Position numbers and translations under genes: made by a program
Origin: Antedon mediterranea
Taxonomy: Eukaryota > Animalia > Echinodermata
Length of the DNA stretch: 64,000 bases
Reading direction: 5' to 3'
Assembly: GCF_964355755.1 (NCBI RefSeq)
Contig: NC_092679.1
Location: forward strand, 18,149,432 to 18,213,431
Shown: positions 27,501 through 39,126 of the stretch, in pieces
How the letters are laid out: each line of letters begins with the position of its first letter
Position numbering within the stretch: the first letter of the stretch is position 1
The notes under the pieces: generated by a model
The model's input: only the letters and a program-made list of their open reading frames with translations
Told to the model about the DNA's origin: nothing
The model's database searches: none

Positions 27501-30500
27501 TGCAGGAATTAAGGCTCCTTCTGCTGATTTAAATATTTCTGGACCCAATCTTGATGGCGGAGCTGGAATTGATGTTAAAGGGGAACTTCCCAAAGGAGGA
27601 CTTAATATTGGAGGAGACCTTGATGCTGCTGTAGTTGCACCTGTTGTTGATGTAGATGTCAAAGCACCAAAACCTGATGTATCTATTGGTGGTGGCATGG
27701 GTGTTGATGTGCCAAAGGGAGGACTAAAAGCGGATATCCCAGATGTCGATGGAAAACTAAGTGGGGATATTAAAGTTGATGCTCCAGATGTTGATATAAA
27801 AGGTGGTGGAAAGGTACCTGATGTAGATTTGGATGCAGATGTTAAAGTAAAGAAACCAAAAGCCAAAGGAGGGTTTGGATTCGGATTTGGATTTGGCGGT
27901 AAAAAAGATCATGATCACAGTGACTCGGATTCCGATGATGATGATGACAAAAAGAAAAAACGAAGATCGTTTGGAATAAAATTCCCTCATTTTTCTGGAA
28001 AATCACCAAAAGTAAAAGGTGATTTGAATGGAGATGTTGATGTTGGAGGAGAATTGCCATCTGGTGAAATAGATGCTGGAATCAAGGCTCCATCAGCTGA
28101 TTTAGATATTTCTGGACCCAATTTTGATGTCGGAGCTGGAATTGATGTAAAAGGGGAACTTCCCAAAGGAGGACTTCATATTGGAGGAGACCTTGATGCT
28201 GGTGTAGTTGCACCTGCTGTTGATGTTGATGTCAAAGCACCAAAGCCTGATGTATCTATTGGTGGTGACTTGGATATTGATGGGCCAAAGGGAGGGATAA
28301 AAGCTGATATCCCAGATGTTGATGGAAAACTAAGTGGGGACATTAAAGTTGATACGCCAGATGTTGATATAAAAGGTAGTGGAAAGGTACCTGATGTAGA
28401 TTTGGATGCAGATGTTAAAGTGAAGAAACCAAAATCCAAAGGAGGGTTCGGATTTGGTTTTGGTGGCAAGAAACATGATGTTGATATTAAAAAACCAAAA
28501 GCTGATTTATCTATTGGAGGTGGTGCTGACATTGATATTCCTAAAGGTGGCATAAAAGCTGACCTTCCTGATGCTGACGCAAAAGTTGGTGGTGATATCA
28601 AAGTTAGTGGACCACACGTAGACATGGATGTTGATGGCAAAGTACCTGATGTTGATATTGATACTGATGTTAAAGTGAAGAAACCAAAATCCAAAGGAGG
28701 GTTCGGATTCGGATTTGGTTTTGGCGGTAAAAAAGATCATGATCACAGTGACTCGGATTCCGATGATGATGACAAAAAGAAAAAGAGTGGCTTTGGATTT
28801 AAGTTTCCTAATTTTTCATTTGGTTCTCCAAAAGGAAAAGTAAAAGGTGACCTCAATGGGGACATTGATGTAGATATAGGAGGAAAGATACCATCTGGTA
28901 AGATTGACATTGATGCTGGTACAAAAATTCCTTCAGCTGATTTAGATATTTCAGGACCTGATGTTAGTGGTGGAGCTGGAGTAGATACTAAAGGAGAACT
29001 TCCCAAAGGAGGACTTGATATTGGAGGAGACCTTGATGCTGGTGTAGTTGCACCGGTTGTTGATGTTGATGTCAAAGCACCAAAACCTGATGTATCTATT
29101 GGTGGTGACTTTGATATTGATGGGCCAAAGGGAGGGATAAAAGCTGATATCCCAGATGTCGATGGAAAATTAAGTGGGGACATTAAAGTTGATTCGCCAG
29201 ATGTTGATATAAAAGGTGGTGGAAAGGTACCTGATGTAGATTTGGATGCAGATGTTAAAGTGAAGAAACCAAAAGCCAAAGGAGGTTTTGGATTTGGTTT
29301 TGGTGGCAAGAAACATGATGTTGATATTAAAAAACCAAAAGGTGATGTATCTATTGGAGGTGGTGCAGACATTGATATTCCTAAAGGTGGTATAAAAGCT
29401 GACCTTCCTGATGCTGACGCAAAAGTTGGTGGTGATATCAAAGTTAGTGGACCAGACATAGACATGGATGTTGATGGCAAAGTACCTGATATTGATACTG
29501 ATGTTAAAGTGAAGAAACCAAAATCAAAAGGAGGGTTCGGATTCGGGTTTGGATTTGGCGGTAAAAAAGATCATGATCACAGTGACTCGGATTCCGAGGA
29601 TGATGATGACAAAAAGAAAAAACGAAGATCGTTTGGAATAAAATTCCCTCATTTTTCTGGAAAATCACCGAAAGTAAAAGGTGATTTGAATGGAGATATT
29701 GATGTTGGTGGAAAATTGCCATCTGGTGAAATAGATGGTGGAATCAAGGCTCCTTCAGCTGATTTAGATATTTCTGGACCCAATCTTGATGGCGGAGCTG
29801 GAATTGATGTAAAAGGGGAACTTCCCAAAGGAGGACTTAATATTGGAGGAGACCTTGATGCTGGTGTAGTCGCACCTGTTGTTAATGTTGATGTCAAAGC
29901 ACCAAAACCTGATGTATCTATTGGTGGTGGCATGGATATTGATGTGCCAAAGGGAGGAATAAAAGCTGATATCCCAGATGTCGATGGAAAACTAAGTGGG
30001 GACATTAAAGTTGATTTGCCAGATGTTGATGTAAAAGCCGGTGGAAAGGTACCTGATGTAGATTTGGATGCAGATGTTAAAGTAAAGAAACCAAAAGCCA
30101 AAGGAGGGTATGGATTTGGATTTGGTGGAAAGAAAGATCATGATCACAGTGACTCAGATTCTGATGATGAAAAAAAGAAAAAGAGTGGATTTGGATTTAA
30201 GTTTCCTAATTTTTCATTTGGTTCTCCAAAAGGAAAAGTGAAAGGTGACCTCAATGGTGACATTGATGCAGATATAGGTGGAAAGATACCATCTGGTAAT
30301 ATTGATATTGATGCTGGTACAAAAATTCCCTCAGCTGATTTAGATATTTCAGGACCTGATGTTAGTGGTGGAGCTGGAATAGATGTTAAAGGAGAACTTC
30401 CCAAAGGAGGACTTAATATTGGAGGAGACCTTGATACCAATGTAGTTGCACCGGTTGTTGATGTTGATGTCAAATCACCAAAACCTGATGTATCTATTGG

Positions 30501-32968
30501 TGGTGACTTAGATATTGATGGGCCGAAGGGAGGGATAAAAGCGAATATCCCAGATGTCGATGGAAAACTAAGTGGGGACGTTAATATCGATGTTCCAGAT
30601 GTTGATATAAAAGCTGGTGGAAAGGTACCCGATGTAGATTTGGATGCAGATGTTAAAGTAAAGAAACCAAAAGCCAAAGGAGGGTTTGGATTTGGGTTTG
30701 GTGGCAAAAAGCATCATGATGTTGATATTAAAAAACCAAAAGGTGATGTATCTATTGGAGGTGGTGCAGACATTGATATTCCTAAAGGTGGTATAAAAGC
30801 TGACCTTCCTGATGCTGACACAAAAGTTGGAGGTGATATCAAAGTTAGTGGACCAGATGTAGACATGGATGTTGATGGCAAAGTACCTGATGTCGATATT
30901 GATACTGATGTTAAAGTGAAGAAACCAAAATCCAAAGGAGGGTTTGGATTCGGATTTGGATTTGGCGGTAAAAAAGATCATGATCACAGTGACTCGGATT
31001 CCGATGATGATGACAAAAAGAAAAAACGAAGATCATTTGGAATAAAATTACCTCATTTTTCTGGAAAATCACCGAAAGTAAAAGGCGATTTGAATGGAGA
31101 TATTGATGTTGATGTTGGAGGAAAGTTGCCATCTGGTGAAATTGATGCTGGAATCAAGGCTCCTTCAGCTGATTTGGATATTTCTGGACCTGATCTAGAT
31201 GGTGGAGCTGGAATTGATGTTAAAGGGGAACTTCCCAAAGGAGGACTTAATATTGGAGGAGACATTGATGCTGGTTTAGTTGCACCTGTTGTTGATGTTG
31301 ATGTCAAAACACCAAAACCTGATGTATCTATTGGTGGTGACATGGGTGTTGATGTGCCAAAGGGAGGAATAAAAGCTGATATCCCAGATGTCGATGGAAA
31401 ACTAAGTGGGGACATTACAGTTGGTGCTCCAGATCTTGATATAAAAGCTGGTGGAAAAGTGCCTGATGTAGATGTTGATGCTAAAGTCAAAAAACCAAAA
31501 GGTAAAGGAGGTTTTGGATTTGGATTTGGAGGAAAGAAACCAAAGCCAGATATACCTGATACTGATGTTGGTGGGGACATTAAGGTCAGTGCTCCAGATG
31601 TTGATATAAAGGCTGGTGGAAAACTACCTGATGCAGATTTGGATGCAGATGTTAAAGTGAAAAAACCAAAAGCCAAAGGAGGGTTTGGATTTGGGTTCAG
31701 TGGCAAAAAACACAATGATGTTGATGTTCCTAAAGGAGGTATAACAGCTGAACTTCCTGATGCTGATGTGAAAGTTGGTGGTGATATCAAAGTTGGTGGA
31801 CCAGACGTAGACATGGATGTTGATGGCAAAGTACCTGATGTAGATTTGGATGCCGATGTTAAAGTGAAGAAACCAAAAGCCAAAGGAGGGTTTGGATTTG
31901 GGTTTGGTGGCAAAAAGCATCATGACGTTGATATTAAAAAACCAAAAGGTGATGTATCTATTGGAGGTGGTGCTGACATTGATATTCCTAAAGGTGGTAT
32001 AAAAGCTGACCTTCCTGATGCTGATGCAAAAGTTGGTGGTGATATTAAAGTTAGTGGACCAGACGTAGACATGGATGTTGATGGCAAACCTGATGTAGAG
32101 ATAGGTGGCATTGCTGCTGGTCTTCCAAGCGTTGATGTCAAATCACCTAAAGTAGATTCTGATGTGCCAAAGGTAGGAGGTGCTAACATTGAAGCAGATG
32201 TTCCAAAGCCAAAAAAGCCAAAAGCAAAAGGAAGTTTTAAGTTTGGATTCGGTGGAAAGAAACATAGTGATTCAACAACATCATCAAGTGAAGATGAGGC
32301 AGATAAAGGAAAAGGAGGATTTGGTTTCAAATTGCCAAAAATTGGTGGTTCAGTAAAGTCTCCAAAAGGAGCAGCTACAGGTGACGTAGATGTCAAAATT
32401 GGTGCAGATGCTTCAATCAAAGGTGACGTTCCGTCTAAGAAATCTAAAAAGAAAGGATTTGGTTTTTCATTTGGAGGTGGTAAAAAAGGACATCACAGTA
32501 CTACAGAATCTGACACAGATGATGACAAAGGAAAGTTATCTTTTGGAGTTGGAGTTAAAGCACCAAAGGTAGATGTACCAACCGTTGATGCTGATAAAGG
32601 TGATCGTCCAAAAATTGATCTTGCAGGAAAGTTAGCTCCCAAAGCTGAATTCAATTCATCTGGAGATATTTCTGGAGATGTTGGTGGAATAATTGCAGCT
32701 CCATCAATTGATGTAGATGTTGTGAAACCAAATATTGATCTGAATGTTAAGTCATCTAAGCCCAAGGTTGAAATTGATGTGAAAAAGCCAGATTTAAGTG
32801 GTGGCTTTGGCGGTAACATAGAAGTGCCAGATGCTGATTTTGATGCTGAAGTTCCAGATGTAAATATGGATGCTGACGTAGTTGTACCAAATGTTGATGT
32901 TGATATTAAATCATCAAAACCTTCGATTGGAGGAGGGTTCGGCATAAGCAAACCAAAGACTGATATCG
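24593..32968 (+). CDS. AHNAK-like protein, giant 8376-bp exon (2792 codons)
   Basis: Acceptor acattttcttag|GA, in frame with ORF 24793..32982. Donor ATCG|GTAAGT after 32968. Phase 1-1. Repeated DVDVKxPKxD and KKPKAKGGFGFGFGGKK modules. Confidence 0.9.
25484..26075 (+). repeat. Coding minisatellite, 39-bp unit (GGKLPSGGIDIDA)
   Basis: About 15 tandem copies of ggaggaaaattgccatctggagaaattgacattgatgca, with occasional shorter variants. Confidence 0.9.
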
Positions 32969-33203
32969 GTAAGTTTGTTTAAATTTGATTTTAGACTTTG
33001 TATATATATATATATATTATATATAATAAAAGTACAAGTATTATATACAAACAAACTCAATTGTCATTATGAACAGTTTAATTTGTTGTGTTGTATTTAT
33101 TATTAAGCTTTCTGTTTGACCATTTCGAAATCTTGAAATAAATCAGCATGTCCCTTTCCCCCTTTCAACTTTTTTAATGGCTGTATATTTATTTATTTCT
33201 CAG

Positions 33204-34301
33204 ATGCAAGTGGTGGAATTGGAAGTGGATTTAATATTGAAGGTGATGCTGATATTAAAACACCTTCTCTTGGTGGAGAGATTAAAGGTGGAGCTAAAGT
33301 ACCATCTATTGGAGGGGGACTAGGAGGTTCTATTGATATTGGAAAACCATCCTTTGGTGGTGGAATAGGGGGTGGGGTCGATATTGATGCACCATCTATA
33401 GGTGGTGGAATTGATGTTGAAAAACCATCAATTGGAAGCGATGTTGATATTAAAACACCATCTATTGGAGGAGGCATAGGAGTCGGAATTGATGTTGACA
33501 AGCCATCAATTGAAAGTGATGTTGATATTAAAACACCATCTATTAGAGGAGGCATAGGCGGTGGAATTGATGTTGAAAAACCATCAATTGGAAGCGATGT
33601 TGATATTAAAACACCATCTATTGGAGGAGGCATAGGAGGCGGAATTGATGTTGAAAAACCATCAATTGGAAGCGATGTTGATATTAAAACACCATCTATT
33701 GGAGGAGGCATAGGAGGCGGAATTGATGTTGAAAAACCATTAATTGGAAGCGATGTTGATATTAAAACACCATCTATTGGAGGAGGCATAGGAGTCGGAA
33801 TTGATGTTGACAAGCCATCAATTGGAAGTGATGTTGATATTATAACACCATCTATAGGAGGTGGAATTGATGTTGAAAAACCATCAATTGAAAGCGATAT
33901 TGATATTAAAACACCATCTATTGGAGGAGCCATAGGTGATAAAGGTGATGTTGATATTAAATTACCATCCTTTGGTGGAGGCATAGGTGGTGGAATTGAT
34001 GTTGAAAAGCCATCTTTTGGAGGAGATATAGGAAGTTCGGTAGATGGTGTAGCACCATCACTTAGTGGCGGAGCAGATGTAAGCATTCCATCTTTTGAAG
34101 GAGGATTAGGAGGTGAAATTGGTACACCATCCCTTCAAAGTGGAGCTCAAGTTGACGTGCCATCTCTGGGAGAATTGGATAATAAGATTGATGTTGATAC
34201 CCCATCACTAGGAGGTGGAATAGGAATAGCTGCTGGAGCTGATGCATCTGGACTTGGCGGAGCGTTATCTTCAGAATCAATTGAAATGGGAGTTGAAATT
34301 G
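33204..34301 (+). CDS. AHNAK-like protein exon with 26-aa repeats (missing from ORF track, no start codon)
   Basis: Acceptor tttatttctcag|AT, donor ATTG|GTAAGT. 1098 bp = 366 codons, phase 1-1. Reads DASGGIGSGFNIEGDADIKTPSLGG...(GIDVEKPSIGSDVDIKTPSIGGGIGG)n. Confidence 0.88.
33400..34020 (+). repeat. Coding minisatellite, 78-bp unit
   Basis: ggaattgatgttgaaaaacca recurs at 33563, 33641 and 33719 (period 78). Confidence 0.9.
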
Positions 34302-34685
34302 GTAAGTTCATTTAACAAATTATTACATTATTTTTACCATTTTATATCTTTATACAGGTTTATTATATTTATTATTATCTCATATTTTAAAATGATACCT
34401 GCAGGTTTGAACATTAAAGTCAGTAGAATATTGGAGCAGAATACAATGAAACTTTTTTTTGATTTACTGAAAAAAAAAGAAATACACATTTAAAACCTTT
34501 CAAATTTTTACTTAATTTTATCACTTACACTTTCATTTTTTTTCTCCCTAATTTAGAAAGACTGTATTTTGTATATTATATTTTTACATTATTCAATAAT
34601 ATACAGTTAATGAACTTATTACCGATCTCAGCATACACAGTATTATTAAAAAATTGTAGTAGAGGTTTTCATGAAATATTTTCAG

Positions 34686-35485
34686 AGGGAAGTGAAAAGA
34701 ATGACAGTGAAAAGAAGACCACAAAAAGTGGATTTCCATTCAATTTTGGATTTGGCGACAAATCAAAAGACTCTTTATCCACTTCTACTAATGAAACAAA
34801 AAATAAAGGCATACTTGATTTTCTGCCTAGTTTTGGGTCGAATAAAAAAGTCTCAGATTCCGAATTTAAAATTGACTCTGCAAATTCTGATTTCAATATT
34901 GACTCTCCAAATTCAGATACAGGTTCTTATTTACATATTGAATCTTCTGATATTGATTTGCATAAAACATCTCCTGAAATTAAAGAAGAGACCAAGAGTA
35001 AAAGCCTTTTTGATTTTTTGCCTAGTTTTGGTTCAAACACAACCATATCTGAAACAAAAACTTATTTGCATACCGATGCTTCTAATGCTGATTTGCATAT
35101 TACCTCATCTGATTCTGATTTACTTGAATCATCTCCTAAACCTATTGAAAAGGAAACAACGAGTAAAAGCTTGCTTGATTTTCTCCCTAGTTTTGGGTCG
35201 AATACTAAAGCCCAAGCTAAAACTGATTCTGATTTGAATATCAACTCTCCAAATTCTGATTTGAATATTGCCTCTTATGATTCTGATTTGCGTAAAGGCT
35301 CTCTTGATGGTGATTTGCAAATCACCTCTCCTGACATTGAAAAGAAGACAGTATCAAGTGAAAACAAAGATACTGCTTCTCCAACAGATTCAGAGAGAGA
35401 GAAAGAAAGTGGATTTGGACTCTTCTTTAGTTCAGTCCTTTCCAAAATTGTACCTGATAAGCCAGACTCAAATGTTCAGTCCTAA
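34686..35485 (+). CDS. Putative alternative exon giving a different Ser/Asp-rich C-terminus (stop TAA 35483-35485)
   Basis: Acceptor atattttcag|AG in phase 1, in frame with ORF 34610..35485. Three LxDFLPSFGSN repeats. TAA is followed by G|GTAATT donor; exon 34686-35486 = 801 bp. Confidence 0.6.
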
Positions 35486-35613
35486 GGTAATTTTGAGTGG
35501 GTCTGATAACAAAATAATGAAATCAGTTTTGGTGATGCCATTAATTTTGATGGTGATGGTTGAAGTAACAATGGTGATTGTTGAGATGTTTAACAAACAT
35601 AGTTTTAATGTAG

Positions 35614-37452
35614 GTTTACCTGATGTCCAAGTTGGAAATGACATAAACATTAGTAAACCAAGCTCTGGTTTCGGTTTCAATATTGGAGGTGGTATTGGGA
35701 AGTCGAATATTAATTTGGGGTTTGGTGTAGACAAATCTGGAGGTAGTGCAAATATCGAAAAGCCCAATGTAGAAGTTGGGGGTAATGTTGAAAAACCAGA
35801 CATGCCCAGCATTGATGTAGGTAAACCAGTTTTTGGTGGTGGTTCAAGCATTGACATGCCAAGTGGAGATGTTTGCAAGCCAGACCTCAGTCTTAGTGGT
35901 GAAGCTAATATTGACAAGCCCAGTCGTGATGTTGGCACACCAGATGTAAGTCTAGGAGGTATTGCTAGTTTGGATATTGATGTACCTGGTTTTGGTGGTG
36001 GTTCAAGTGTTGATGTTGAAATACCTGATCTTGGTTTTGGAGGCAGTGCAAGTATCGAGAAACCTAGTTTTGATGTAGACACACCTGATCTCAGTTTTGG
36101 AGGCAGTGCAAGCATAGCTAAACCCAGTGTTGATGTAGACACACCTGATATTGGTTTTGGAGGTGGTGCAAGCATCGATAAACCTAGTGCAGATACTGGC
36201 TTACCTGGAATTGGATTTGGAGGCAATGCACATATTGATAAACCAACTATTGATGTAGATACACCCGATTTTGGTTTTGGAGGTGGTGCAACCATTGATA
36301 AACCCAGTGTTGACGTAGACACACCTGATCTCAGTTTCGGAGGTGGTGCAACCATTGATAAACCTAGTTTTGATATAGAAACACCTGATCTTGGTTTTGG
36401 AGGTTGTGCAAGCATGGATAAACCCAGTGTTGACGTAGACACACCTGATCTCAGTTTCAAAAGTGGTGCAACCATTGATAAACCTAGTTTTGACATAGAA
36501 ACACCTGATCTCGGTTTTGGAGGTGGTTCAGGCATAGATAAACCCAGTGTTGACGTTGATCTCAGTTTTGGAGGTGGTTCAAGTATCGATAAACCTAGTT
36601 TTAACATAGAAACACCTGATTTTGGTTTTGGAGGCGGTGCAAGTATCGATAAACCCAGTGTAGGTATTGAATTCCCAGGAGTTGACTTTGGAGGTAGTGC
36701 ACATATTGATAAACCAACTATTGATGTAGAAACACCTGATGTCGGTTTTGGAGGTGGTACAAGCATCGATAAACCCAGTGTTGACGTAGACACACCTGAT
36801 TTTGGTTTTGGAGGTGGTACAAGCATCGATAAACCCAGTTTTGATGTAGGCACGCCGGATATTGGTTTTGGAGGTGGTGCAAGCATCGATAAACCCATTG
36901 TTGACATAGACACACCTGATCTTGGTTTTGGAGGTGGTGCAAGCATTGATAAACCCAGTGTTGATGTAGACACACCTGATCTCGGTTTTGGAGGTGGTGC
37001 GACCATCGATAAACCTAGTTTTGACATAGAAACACCCGATCTCAGTTTTAGCGGTGGTGTAAGCATCGATAAACCCAGTTTTAATGTAGACACACCTGAT
37101 CTTGATCTTGGTTTTGAAGGCGGTGCAACCATCGATAAACCCAGTTCAGATATTGGCTTACCAGGAGTTTGCTTCGGGGGAAGCACACATATTGATAAAC
37201 CAACTGTTGATGTAGACACGTTTGATATTGGCTTTGGAGGTGGAGCAAGCATTGACAACTCAAGCATTGGTTCACCAGATCTAAGTGGTATTAGTGGTAG
37301 TGCAAACATTGAATTACCAAATGTTGATCTCAGTGGTGGTATTGCCTTGCCTAGTGTAGGTGGTGAATCAGATGCCAACATTGATGGTGGCACAAGTATT
37401 GATATTGGTGCACCTGATGGTGGTGGTGAATTACAATTTACTTTACCTGGAG
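35614..37452 (+). CDS. AHNAK-like protein exon with 20-aa repeats (DKPSVDVDTPDLGFGGGASI)
   Basis: Acceptor ttttaatgtag|GT, donor GGAG|GTGAGA. 1839 bp = 613 codons, phase 1-1, in the frame of ORF 35268..37469. Confidence 0.82.
36000..37260 (+). repeat. Coding minisatellite, 60-bp unit
   Basis: aaacccagtgttgatgtagacacacctgat...ggttttggaggtggtgca repeats with period 60, about 20 copies. Confidence 0.9.
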
Positions 37453-38827
37453 GTGAGAATTATGAATAGATTAAAAAGAACCAAAACTTGATGATCATTT
37501 AATCTACAATATTGCAAGTACTGTACTTTTGAAAGTTAGTAAATTAATAAAGTTATTGTCACTGTCAGTAACACAATTTTGAATGTTATTCCCAGCTTAT
37601 ATAATAATTGTACAAGGAATTATCCAAATTACATCAAGTTTTGGTTCAATCATTCATGTGTTGGAATGCTACAACCAGGCAACTACTATTGAAGTGATAA
37701 AACTGCTAATCATCCACTGAAAAACAATACATACTGTACACTTTACTAATAAATCGGCATGTCTTATATAATGTAATGCTGTGCTTAAAATCATTAAATG
37801 TACTTTAATATACTGTAGTTATAATTTGATGTAAAATACTGTAGCATTGTACAATAGGAATTTTTTTTAATATACTGATAGTATCACATTGTAGCTTTTT
37901 GCATTTTGTTATTTAATATTACAGAATAAAGTAGACTATGAATACAAATTATGTAAAAGGTAACTTAAAATCTAGTACTTTATCTTGCACTATATTTATG
38001 AAATCTATATACAGTATTAGTAACAGTTATAATAATTATTGATTTTCAAATATTATTATTTAAAATTTATTAATACTTAAAATGGTATCATACACTACTT
38101 ACAGTAGTAAGATAACATGCACACTGGTAATATATATATATGTTGGAATTACAATTACATCTCAGTTGCTGCAGCACCCGCTGCAGCAGCAATCTTTTGG
38201 TACTTACTATGCTTCTAGAATTCTATCTCCAAAGGACACATTGGAACATAATTAAGCCTACAGGAAGAGGTTGTGAGATAATGCTATTTATTATATAGCC
38301 TGTTGATATTTTATATAAATTTAAAGGGGAATATTTTTGGTGTAAATTATGGTGGTTGATGAACCATAGGTAGGATGGATTAACATTGCTTGGATTTGTT
38401 TTTTATATTTTGATATGGCGAATGTTTTGCTTTTACAAATGTTTGAAATGTGCCCTAACCAGTTTTTCTTCCTCAAAATCTGCAGTAGATTCTCATCATG
38501 CATGATATTTAGCCATTACCTTATATTATTTTTCAATTAAACCATTTAAGAAACCAACGAAAATCAATTGCTGATTTGCATGTTATACAGAACATTTGTT
38601 ATTAATTACCATTTGTGTTTTTAATTTTTTTATTTTCATTTTTGTGCTGTGCATACCTTTCCTTTTTATTTTTTCTCTGAAACAGAAATAAAATATATTT
38701 TTTGTATTTCAACTGATAAAACAATTACTTTTTGGAACACACACCCTTTTTTTTTAAACTAAGCATTACATTTTTATATAGCTTTTATTTTCAAAGCATT
38801 AACAATCTTGAATTTGTTTATCCTCAG

Positions 38828-39126
38828 ATCAATCATTTGGTTCTAATGTAGATGCAGATACTAGTGTACAAGGCTCAGTAGAACTTCCATCAGTTCCAGA
38901 TGTATCTGGTGGACTAGGTTTTAGTTTTGGAGGTGGTGCTAAGGTTGAAGGAGAAGCAGATGTCAGTGTTAAGAAAGATAAGAAAAAGCGAAAAAAGAAA
39001 AAGAAGCGAGGTCTTATTAGTCGATTAAGAGGAAGTTCATCTAGCTCTTCATCTTCGTCCTCTTCGTCTTCCTCGTCCTCATCCTCGTCCTCTAGTTCAT
39101 CGGAATCTGACACTGAAAAGAAATAA
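38828..39126 (+). CDS. AHNAK-like protein terminal coding exon (poly-Lys + poly-Ser tail)
   Basis: Acceptor tttgtttatcctcag|AT in phase 1. Reads DQSFGSNVDADTSVQGSVELPSVPDVSGGLGFSFGGGAKVEGEADVSVKKDKKKRKKKKKRGLISRLRG(S)nESDTEKK, stop TAA 39124-39126. Not in the ORF track. Confidence 0.85.

Noticed and set aside
35268-35613. Hydrophobic N-terminal part of the 733-aa ORF as a signal or TM segment of a separate gene
   Set aside because: It is an off-frame read of the previous exon plus an intron bounded by a phase-1 donor and acceptor.
35614-37452. FG-nucleoporin call for the GFGG repeats
   Set aside because: Repeats are acidic with DKPS/TPD motifs and splice in phase into the AHNAK-like gene; no Nup domains.
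20712-39113. Many long minus-strand and alternate-frame ORFs (e.g. 21744-22928, 33193-34086, 35468-37393)
   Set aside because: They are shadows of the repetitive, codon-biased + strand exons and end at exon boundaries.
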